19,697 bases of DNA from Myxococcales bacterium (GTDB taxonomy: Bacteria; Myxococcota_A; UBA9042): positions 1-19,697 of the forward strand of contig JBBISH010000118.1 of the NCBI GenBank assembly GCA_037441385.1, given 5' to 3'. Of this stretch, positions 8,058 through 15,439 are shown one piece after another. Numbering within the stretch: position 1 is the first letter of the stretch; every line of letters begins with the position of its first letter. The notes under the pieces were generated by a model. It was not told the origin of the DNA and searched no databases. It saw only the letters and a list, made by a program, of their open reading frames with translations. The position numbers were made by a program, and so were the translations under genes.

Positions 8058-9953
8058 CTAGGCCGCCTTGCTCGCCTGGGCCTGCTCCACCGCGGCCAGG
8101 TCCGCCAGCAGCTCGGTGCCGTGCTCTTCGATTTCGGCCAGCCAGTGGCGGCAGCGCAGGTCGGCGCGCTTGAGGAACCGCTCGGCATCCTTGCGGCGAT
8201 CCGGGTACTTGATCGCGTACTTGACCAAGATGCGCGCGATCGTCACCTCGGCCAGGATCTTGGTCAGGCGCTCGGCGTGCAGCATGCCCGGGGCAAAGTC
8301 GACCTTGGGGTCCCACTGCGAGAACAGCGCTTCGGTCCAATCGCCCACCGGCAGTTCGTAGGTGGCCTTCATCTTGTTCTTGGCGATGCGCAACAGGATG
8401 GTCTGCAACGCCTTGTACTTGTAGGCGAACAGCCGGCTCAGGTTCTTCTCCAGCGGATCGTTCTCGGCCACGCGCTTCCAATTGGCGCGCGCCATCTTGA
8501 CAATGAACCGCCGCGGATCCTTCAGGCCCTGCATCAGCTGGTCCTTCAGGACCATCAGCGACTGGATCTGGCTCGTGCCCTCGTAGATGGGCAGCACCAG
8601 CGCGTCGCGCAGCAGCTTCTCGGGCAGGTACTCGCACGAGTAGCCGACGCCGCCCAGGATCTGCATGGCCATGCGGCTGAATTCCACAGCCTTTTCGGAC
8701 GCGATGTACTTGACCAGCGGCGTCATGTCGCGGGCCTGCCGGCGCACGCGCGACAGCTTCTTCTCCATGTCGGCGCGCGCCGCCTCGTCCTTGGGCGGAT
8801 CGAACTTGAGGATCAGCTCCCACCGCATCGCCTTTTCGACCTTTTGCGTCGCCTCGAAGCACAGCGCCCGCAGGCCCTTGGCGTACAGCTCCATGTCCTC
8901 CAGGTAGTCGGCGATCATCTCGTGGCGATCGATGGTCTTGCCCATCGTCACGCGCTGCGCCGCGTAGTCCTTGGCCGTGCGAATCGCGGCTTCCACGATG
9001 CCCAGCGACTCGAAGCCGACCGCCAGGCGCGCCGAATTCATCAGCAGCAACATCAGTTCAAAGCCTTCGCCGCGGCGGCCGATGAGCTCGCCGATCGAGT
9101 CCTCGTAGACCAGCACGCAGGTGGGCGAGCTGTGGTGGCCGATTTTGTGCTCGACCTTGGCGATGCGCACGTTGGTCTTGCCGTCCAGCTTCTGGCGGCA
9201 CAGGAACAGCGAAATCCCCTTGAGGCCCGGAGCTTTCTGCGGATCTTCGGTGCGGGCGAGCACCAGCTGGTACTGGCCGTTGCCGCTCGTGATCCACATC
9301 TTCTCGCCGTTGAGGCGCCACTGCCCGTCGTCGCCCAGCACCGCGGTGGTCTTGATTTGCGCCAAGTCCGAGCCCGCGCCGGCTTCGGTCAGGACCATGC
9401 AGCCCCACTTGCCGTTGGTCAGGATGTCCTTGATCACTTCGTCGTAAGGCGTGGACATCAAACGTCCATTCTCGATCTTGCTCCGCGGATCGCGCAGCGC
9501 GTACATCATCAGCGATAGCGCGATGCCGGTGTGGAAGCCAAAGTGGGTCATGCACGACACGTCGGCGCGCGCCAGCACTTCGGCGGCGGCCATGTACACC
9601 ACGACCGGGGCGTTCAGACCGCCCAGTTCGCGCGGCAGCGGTACGCCGAACACGTCCATCTTCTTGAGACCCTTGAAGATCTTGTCCAGATGGGGCGACA
9701 TCACCACTTCGCCGTTCTCGAGCCGCGTGCCGTCATCGTCCATCTTGCGCGTGTACGGATCGACGTTCCTGGCCACGTACTTGCCGAATTCGCGCAGGAT
9801 GTCCTCGAAGGTGTCGCGGGCGTCGCGCACCGAATTGGGCCGGTCTTCCGCCTTGGCGCCGTGTTCGGCCAGGTCGACCAGCGTGTCCCATTCGACGGCC
9901 TGCTCGATCCAGAACTTCAGGTCTTCGTTGTCCAGATAGAAATTGTCGCTCAT
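8058..9953 (-). CDS. Acyl-CoA dehydrogenase family protein (long, ~630 aa)
   Basis: GCMVLTEAGAGSDL, WRLNGEKMWITSG, GISLFL, EHKIGHHSSPTC, MNSARL, QILGGVGY and RDALVLPIYEGTSQIQ motifs; GAGGG SD upstream. Confidence 0.96.
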   Translation of the reverse strand: MSDNFYLDNEDLKFWIEQAVEWDTLVDLAEHGAKAEDRPNSVRDARDTFEDILREFGKYVARNVDPYTRKMDDDGTRLENGEVVMSPHLDKIFKGLKKMDVFGVPLPRELGGLNAPVVVYMAAAEVLARADVSCMTHFGFHTGIALSLMMYALRDPRSKIENGRLMSTPYDEVIKDILTNGKWGCMVLTEAGAGSDLAQIKTTAVLGDDGQWRLNGEKMWITSGNGQYQLVLARTEDPQKAPGLKGISLFLCRQKLDGKTNVRIAKVEHKIGHHSSPTCVLVYEDSIGELIGRRGEGFELMLLLMNSARLAVGFESLGIVEAAIRTAKDYAAQRVTMGKTIDRHEMIADYLEDMELYAKGLRALCFEATQKVEKAMRWELILKFDPPKDEAARADMEKKLSRVRRQARDMTPLVKYIASEKAVEFSRMAMQILGGVGYSCEYLPEKLLRDALVLPIYEGTSQIQSLMVLKDQLMQGLKDPRRFIVKMARANWKRVAENDPLEKNLSRLFAYKYKALQTILLRIAKNKMKATYELPVGDWTEALFSQWDPKVDFAPGMLHAERLTKILAEVTIARILVKYAIKYPDRRKDAERFLKRADLRCRHWLAEIEEHGTELLADLAAVEQAQASKAA

Positions 9954-10256
9954 GGAATGGCCCTCGCGATGGATATGGCTTGGTGGAATTGGCGTGAAGG
10001 CAGCGCGATCGTACCGCCGTCTATGGCAAATAACGCTTTTCGACGCGGCGCGTCAACTGGAATCGACTGAGCGCGGCAAATCCTACAATTCCATGACGCA
10101 AGCCCGCGGATCCGCTGTCGGAGCACCGGTTGCGGGGTGCGATTCACCCCCATGCCGTTCGCGTAGATCGACGGAAGCCGACGCGCGTCTAGGAACCTGG
10201 ACCTGATGTCCCACACTCCCGCCTGATTCACCTTCTTGTTCAACTGCGAGGTCGCG

Positions 10257-12392
10257 ATGCGTAAGATTTCTGTGGCTTTGGCACTGGCCGTTCTTTCAGC
10301 CCTGGCGTCGGCTTGTGGCGCTCACACCTCGTATGTCGCTGCCGATCAGGCTGCGCTGGGGCGCGTGGTGGTCTACCGCAACGGCGTCGCGTTCTACGAG
10401 CGCAAGGCCGCGGTCGACGGCGATCAGCTGGTGCTGCGCGTGCCGCAGGACAAAGTCGACGACTTCTTGAAGTCGCTGACCGTAGTGGATGCCAAGACCA
10501 AGGAGTCGCTGCCGATCTCGTTCCCGTCGCCCGGCCAGGCCAAGAACGGCCAGATCGAGATGGTCATCCAGCTGCCGGACCGAAACCACCGCGACGTGGT
10601 GTTGAGCTACGTGACCGAATCGCCTGCCTGGAAGCCAACTTACCGCGTGGCGGTGGGTGAGAACGGTAAGGTGGACCTGCAGGGCTGGGCGATCGTCGAC
10701 AACACTTCGGGCGAGGATTGGAAGGCCGTGCAGGTGGGCGTGGGCTCGAGCTCGGCGCTGTCGTTCCGCTACGACCTGCACTCGATTCGGGTCGTGCACC
10801 GCGAAACGCTGCACAGCAACGACAGTTTTGCCAAGGCGCCGCCTTTGGGTGGCAGCGTGGGGCGCGAAGATCAGGGCAAGGAAGTGGCCCTGGCCGCGCT
10901 GAGTGACGAAGAATTGGCTCGCCCCGAAGGCCACCCCGACGTCGCCGACTCGGGCGCGTACTACAAGGCGCCGGCTTCGGTCGCTCCTCGGTCGGGTGGG
11001 GCCAACGGTGCGCCCTCTGTGGTGGCTTTGGGTGACGCAGCCGGTGGCACGCGCGCCGCGCGCTATCGCGTGGAGAAAGCCGCCAAAGTCGCCACCAAAG
11101 ATGTGGCGTCCGAGGACCGCAAAGTCGTGGCGCTGGCTGAGCAAATCAAGAACGCCCGCCAGCCCGTGGTGGTCGAGGGGTACGCCAATGCGGGCGAGTC
11201 CGACGCCGACGACAAGGCCCTGGATCGGGCCAATATCCTGCGCAATCAGCTGATCGAGCGCGGCGTTCCACCAGCGCAGGTGCAAGCGGTGGGCCGCGGC
11301 GTGGTGGCGGGACAGAAGGCCGGCGTGCGGCTGGTGGTTGCGCCCCAACCGGCCCAGAGCGGCAAGCCCGAAGACCAGGACGCGCCGCCGGTGGGCGAGA
11401 GCCACTTTGACAGCAAGCTGCCGATGACGGTGGCCAAGGGCACCAGCGCGATGGTGTCGATCGTCCAGGGCCAGGCCCAGGGCGAGGTCGTGTACCTGTA
11501 CGATGCCGAAAGCACGGGTGGCGACAGCCGCTATGCGTTCAAGGCCGTGCGCTTCAAGAATCCGACCGGCTCCACGCTCGAAAGTGGGCCGATCACGGTG
11601 TACGGCGCCGGGCGGTTTGTGGGCGAGGGACTGGCCGAGCCGATCCCGCCGGGAGCGACCGCGGTCGTGCCGTTTGCGCTGGATCGCCAAGTCGTCGTCG
11701 ACCGCGACGGCTCGACCGGCGATCGCATGAGCAAGCTGGTCAAGCTCAGCCGCGGGGCGCTCACCGCCGAGGTGCAGCACCTCCGCACCACCAAGTTGAA
11801 GATCGCCAACCGCAGCCACCTGACCACCACGGTGCTGGTGCGCCACACCACGCCCAAGGGCTGGACCATCAGCAAGGGGCCCAAGGCGGCCGAAGTGATT
11901 GGCGAAGCGCGCCTGTTTGCCGTGGAAGTGCCGGCGGGCGAGAGCCGCATCCTGGAGATCGAGGAAGCGACGCCGCTCACCCGCACCGTGGACATGCGCT
12001 CGCCCGTGGGCGTGGAGATGGTGCGCTTGTATCTAGAGACGGCCAAAGAGGATCCCAAGGTCGAGGCATCGATCAAGAAGCTGGTGGCCTTGTTCGACGA
12101 CATGGCCAAGACCCAAGAGCAGATCGCCCATCTGCGCGAGCGGGCTGAGGAATACCGCGTCCGCAGCGACGAACTGCATGACCAGATTTTCAGCCTGAAG
12201 CTGGTCAAGACGGCGGGGCCGCTGATGGCGCATCTGCAGCAGAAGATGAAGGAAATGAGCGACCGCGTGCAGCAGACCACGTTGGATGTGGTCAGCGCTC
12301 AAGAGCGGCTGATGGTCGCCAAGGTCAAGTTCCAAGACGAACTGGCCGAGATCTCGCTGGATCACCGGCCCACGCAGGCCGCGGCCAAGTAG
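10257..12392 (+). CDS. DUF4139/DUF4140-like lipoprotein with an inserted OmpA-like domain and coiled-coil C-terminus
   Basis: GAGGT SD before ATG 10257; lipobox LASAC; RVVVYRNGVAFYE, DDFLKSLTV, PAWKPTYR and WAIVDNTSGEDW motifs; VVVEGYAN..ALDRANILRNQLIERGVPPAQVQAVGRG is OmpA_C-like. Confidence 0.85.
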   Translation: MRKISVALALAVLSALASACGAHTSYVAADQAALGRVVVYRNGVAFYERKAAVDGDQLVLRVPQDKVDDFLKSLTVVDAKTKESLPISFPSPGQAKNGQIEMVIQLPDRNHRDVVLSYVTESPAWKPTYRVAVGENGKVDLQGWAIVDNTSGEDWKAVQVGVGSSSALSFRYDLHSIRVVHRETLHSNDSFAKAPPLGGSVGREDQGKEVALAALSDEELARPEGHPDVADSGAYYKAPASVAPRSGGANGAPSVVALGDAAGGTRAARYRVEKAAKVATKDVASEDRKVVALAEQIKNARQPVVVEGYANAGESDADDKALDRANILRNQLIERGVPPAQVQAVGRGVVAGQKAGVRLVVAPQPAQSGKPEDQDAPPVGESHFDSKLPMTVAKGTSAMVSIVQGQAQGEVVYLYDAESTGGDSRYAFKAVRFKNPTGSTLESGPITVYGAGRFVGEGLAEPIPPGATAVVPFALDRQVVVDRDGSTGDRMSKLVKLSRGALTAEVQHLRTTKLKIANRSHLTTTVLVRHTTPKGWTISKGPKAAEVIGEARLFAVEVPAGESRILEIEEATPLTRTVDMRSPVGVEMVRLYLETAKEDPKVEASIKKLVALFDDMAKTQEQIAHLRERAEEYRVRSDELHDQIFSLKLVKTAGPLMAHLQQKMKEMSDRVQQTTLDVVSAQERLMVAKVKFQDELAEISLDHRPTQAAAK

Positions 12393-12401
12393 GCTGAGCT
12401 A

Positions 12402-12533
12402 CACGGACCCCACCTGATGCGTGCCTGTACGGCTTTTCTGACCCGTTCTGCAACCGGCGAGAATCAGGCGGGGACCCCAGTTCGAGCCCGGAGAATTGCC
12501 GGAGATTTCGAGCCGATTCAGACGGATTCCGTA
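12402..12533 (+). mobile_element. 132-bp MITE-like element, copy 3
   Basis: CACGGACCCCACCTGATGC...GATTCAGACGGATTCCGTA flanked by CTA (12399-12401) and CTA (12534-12536, the stop of the minus-strand gene). Confidence 0.88.
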
Positions 12534-13406
12534 CTACGGTGCGTCGTGCGCCATCGCCCAAGCGTAGCGCATCACGTGATTCGAGGCCGCCGCCACCGCA
12601 CACGCCGCGAGCAGGCCCGTTTCTCGGCCGCTCAGCAGCGCGTTGGTCAAGACCAGTCCCGGCAGCGCCAGCCCCAACAGCGCCACCGCGCCGGCCAGCA
12701 CGTCGACCCGCTCGAGCGTCGCTGTGGGCGCCCGCACCGCCTGGCCTCGCCGCAAGTGGCGCCAGCCTGCCAGCAGGCACCCCGCCCAGAACAGCGCGTG
12801 ACCACAGAGCAAACCGACAGCACTCGTCAAGTCGTTGCGCGTGGCCGCCGTCAGCCGATCCGTGGCGGCCGCCAAGACGAGCAGCACCGCGGCGCCGCCG
12901 GCAACGGTATGCGCGCTGGCCTGCAGCAGCTGCAGCAGCGGCAAGGGCGGCTGTCCAGGCCCCACCGCCAGTGCGCGCAGGCCCAAAATGGCCAAAAGTG
13001 GCACGCCGCTGACCATCGCCGCGCCCGTGAGGAGCGTGGGCCCGGGCAGCCACGGCGCCGCGTAGCTCTGCGTCGGCCACTGCAACCCCGCAGCCAGCCC
13101 AGAACCCACCGCGCCCAGCGCGGCAAAACCCAGCAAGAACGGCAAGGTGACGGCCAAGTGCGGTGCGCGCCCGCGCTGGTCGCCCAGATTCCACCACCAG
13201 CCCGCCCAGGCCAGCATGCCGCCCAAGGTCAGCAAACCCGCGGCGACCACAGCAGTTTCTCGGCCAGCGGGCTGGTCATTGCCCGCCGAGCCCACGTGCA
13301 TCAGCGCCGCTGTGAGCAGCAGCCCGGCGCCCAGCCCAATCAAGCTGAATTCGCTGGCCAAAAGCCCAGCTCGCGTCTGGTTGTCTTCTGCAAGAGCGCG
13401 CTTCAT
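12534..13406 (-). CDS. Polytopic membrane protein, possibly divergent NrfD/DmsC-like
   Basis: About 8 hydrophobic segments; start MKRALAED at 13406 overlaps the upstream stop (ATGA). EFSLIGLGAG, WNLGDQRGRAPHL and the terminal NHVMRYAW loosely recall NrfD/DmsC motifs. Confidence 0.7.
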   Translation of the reverse strand: MKRALAEDNQTRAGLLASEFSLIGLGAGLLLTAALMHVGSAGNDQPAGRETAVVAAGLLTLGGMLAWAGWWWNLGDQRGRAPHLAVTLPFLLGFAALGAVGSGLAAGLQWPTQSYAAPWLPGPTLLTGAAMVSGVPLLAILGLRALAVGPGQPPLPLLQLLQASAHTVAGGAAVLLVLAAATDRLTAATRNDLTSAVGLLCGHALFWAGCLLAGWRHLRRGQAVRAPTATLERVDVLAGAVALLGLALPGLVLTNALLSGRETGLLAACAVAAASNHVMRYAWAMAHDAP

Positions 13407-13558
13407 GGCTGGACGGACAAACCCCATGCCAAAACAGTTAGTTGCAGGATTACGACCGCCGCAGCGATCAACCAAGCCCGCGCGGTGGGCTCGCCGCTGA
13501 GCACCGGGTTGGGAGTAGGTTCAACGCGGTCTGGGGCTGGGGCGGGTTCGGTGGCCAT
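13403..13558 (-). CDS. Small (51 aa) single-pass membrane protein
   Basis: MATEPAPAPDRVEPTPNPVLSGEPTARAWLIAAAVVILQLTVLAWGLSVQP*; below the ORF-track cutoff; its TGA overlaps the ATG of the next gene; promoter-like motif directly upstream. Confidence 0.65.
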   Translation of the reverse strand: MATEPAPAPDRVEPTPNPVLSGEPTARAWLIAAAVVILQLTVLAWGLSVQP

Positions 13559-13593
13559 GCCCCAAGCTTGGCACGGCGGCCGTGCGGGTGCAA
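13559..13593 (-). promoter_or_regulatory. Putative leaderless promoter with palindromic spacer
   Basis: Minus strand: TTGCAC, 17 bp, (TGc)CAAGCT, 6 bp, ATG at 13558; the spacer contains the GCACGGC-n-GCCGTGC inverted repeat. Confidence 0.4.
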
Positions 13594-13598
13594 AGTGA

Positions 13599-13730
13599 TA
13601 CGACCCCCACCTGATTCACGCCGGTACGGTATCTCAGACCCGCTATGCAACCTGCGAGAATCAGGTGGGGACCCTGGTCCGGGCTCGAAGAATTGCCCAA
13701 GTTTTCGAGCCGATTCAGACGGATTCCGTA
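13599..13730 (+). mobile_element. 132-bp MITE-like element, copy 4
   Basis: TACGACCCCCACCTGATTC...GATTCAGACGGATTCCGTA flanked by TGA (13596-13598) and TGA (13731-13733). Confidence 0.88.
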
Positions 13731-13768
13731 TGATGGGCAGTCAGCTTTGCTGGCAGGTCGAGGTTCGC

Positions 13769-14740
13769 ATGAAGATTCTGTGGTTGGCTCGCAGCGTTGC
13801 GGCATTGCTGCTCTTTTCGGCAACCATGCCTGCAAGCGCGGTCTGCGCCGAGACTCCCTGTCGCCCCGGTCCGCAAGTCTACGCGACCGTGGTCAGCAAT
13901 TGCGCCTACGGTCAGCCGCAGATCGATGGCGACTTGGTGCTGGTGCCCAAGATCTGCCGGCACGACTTGGCGGGGCGCTCGGTGGTGCGGCGCTCGGTGG
14001 AAGTCAAGCTGCTCGCCAATGGCCAGCGCGTGCAGCAAGCCTCGTTGCCACCAGAGGATTCGACCGCCACCACCCTGCCCGCCGTGGGGCAATTGTGGCC
14101 AGGCGCTCCGGCGCTGTTGGCCTATCCCGGCGGTATCGCTGCCATCGAACCCCGCGCCGGCAAGGCCGATGTGGTGCTGGAGCCGCAAGGGACCCTCATT
14201 GCCATGGCGCGATCCGCCGACCTACTGGCGCTGCTCGAGCAATTGCCCAGCGACGGCAAAGGCAAGCCGGTGCTCGAGTGGACGGTGCTGGACTTGGCGG
14301 CAGGCGAGATTCTGGGCCAGGCGCACTTGAGTTTGCCCAAGGTCCTGGATCTGCGCTGGGTCAGCAGCGCCAGTGGACTGCAGGTGGCCTTAGAGGGACA
14401 GGCCGACGACAAGCGCCTCCGCCTGCAAGCGCCGGTACGCGATGCTGCAGGCAAGTCCTTGATTGTCAAAGAGGCCTTGGTGCCGGTGCCCCAAGCGGCG
14501 GCGAACTGCGTCCCAGCCGCAGGCGCCGATCCGGGCGCGATGCTGGACCGCGAAATCGTGCGCATCGAGAGTGCCGGCGACGCCAAGTTGGGCCGCCCGG
14601 GAGCCACGCCCGATTGCGATACGCCCAGCAAGTGTCTGGCGATGGTGGGGCCGTATGCCGGCGGCCGGTGGCTCGTGTGGCTCCAGCCAGCGTCTGGGCC
14701 TCGCGAACTCCGCGTGTGCGCTGAGCCGGCGGTCAAGTAG
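13769..14740 (+). CDS. Secreted hypothetical protein (Cys-containing, beta-rich)
   Basis: GAGGT SD before ATG 13769; signal peptide MKILWLARSVAALLLFSATMPASA. The track's N-terminal extension merely reads through MITE copy 4. Confidence 0.75.
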   Translation: MKILWLARSVAALLLFSATMPASAVCAETPCRPGPQVYATVVSNCAYGQPQIDGDLVLVPKICRHDLAGRSVVRRSVEVKLLANGQRVQQASLPPEDSTATTLPAVGQLWPGAPALLAYPGGIAAIEPRAGKADVVLEPQGTLIAMARSADLLALLEQLPSDGKGKPVLEWTVLDLAAGEILGQAHLSLPKVLDLRWVSSASGLQVALEGQADDKRLRLQAPVRDAAGKSLIVKEALVPVPQAAANCVPAAGADPGAMLDREIVRIESAGDAKLGRPGATPDCDTPSKCLAMVGPYAGGRWLVWLQPASGPRELRVCAEPAVK

Positions 14741-14809
14741 GCCAACGACCCCTTGCCGCCGCTTGGGACGCAATCCGAACCGGAGCCGAATCCGGGCCTT
14801 GCAGCGAAA

Positions 14810-15220
14810 CTAGACGAAGATGCGGTGCGTCGACCGGCGCGCCAGCCCGGCCATTTCGACCTCGACTCCGCCCGAAGCGGCCAGGACGTCGTTGTCGTGG
14901 CGGACGCGGCCCAGCACAAAGAACGGCGAAGTGTTGCCGTCGCGCGCAGGTTCGTCGATCAGGCCTTTGCGTTTCTGGATCGTGACCTGCATGGTACGGG
15001 TCACTTTCTGGCCTGCGGCCAGTGAGACCGCGACTTCGGGCGGCGACTCCTGCGATTTGGGATCGAGCAGGACGAGCCGCGCGTCGTCGGTCAACAGGGT
15101 CACGACCACCGACCGCGACTCAAACGACTCGGCGGCGCTGAGCGTCCAGGTCACCTTGAACGACTCGTTTTCTTGGATGTGCGTGGGAGCGATCGAGTCG
15201 ATCGACAGCGCGATGTTCAC
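14810..15220 (-). CDS. Hypothetical protein, possible Ig-like beta-sandwich
   Basis: GGGAGG SD upstream of GTG at 15220; alternating beta-strand patterns (FKVTWTLS, VSLAAGQKVTRTMQVTI). Confidence 0.65.
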   Translation of the reverse strand: MNIALSIDSIAPTHIQENESFKVTWTLSAAESFESRSVVVTLLTDDARLVLLDPKSQESPPEVAVSLAAGQKVTRTMQVTIQKRKGLIDEPARDGNTSPFFVLGRVRHDNDVLAASGGVEVEMAGLARRSTHRIFV

Positions 15221-15439
15221 CAGTTCCCTCCCAAAGTCCGCAACCACGGCCTGCGAATCGACTCAAACCGGCGTCTTGGCACTTGGCGATCGAGTCGGTT
15301 TGCGCCCTGCCCCCAGCGAAGGCGGGCAAAGCGGCCCAGTAGCCTGCAAGCTTGCGGCCTGCCCGTCAAGGAAAATCGGACGCATGGCCGGCGCCGACGA
15401 TCCATTGCGATGGACGTGCACCAAAAAATACAAACGAAA

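Noticed and set aside
10074..10135. GGCAAA...GACGCAA resembling a c-di-GMP-I (GEMM) riboswitch
   Set aside because: The intervening TCCTACAATTCCAT cannot form the P2 stem with a GNRA loop; TACAAT (10084-10089) is better read as a -10 element. An Infernal search would settle it.
7759..11846. Long alternative or antisense ORFs (7759..8862, 8121..9518, 10296..11846; likewise 16504..18246 and 18717..19616)
   Set aside because: They are shadow frames of GC-rich real genes, with no recognisable motifs.
13442..13768. 109-aa N-terminal extension of the 13442..14740 ORF
   Set aside because: It reads through MITE copy 4 and overlaps the small minus-strand gene; the SD and signal peptide mark ATG 13769 as the start.
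15345..15360. Sigma54-like GG-N10-GC motif (AGGCCGCAAGCTTGCA, minus strand) upstream of the 15220 gene
   Set aside because: The -12 element is good, but the -24 match to TGGCAC is weak; insufficient without TSS data.
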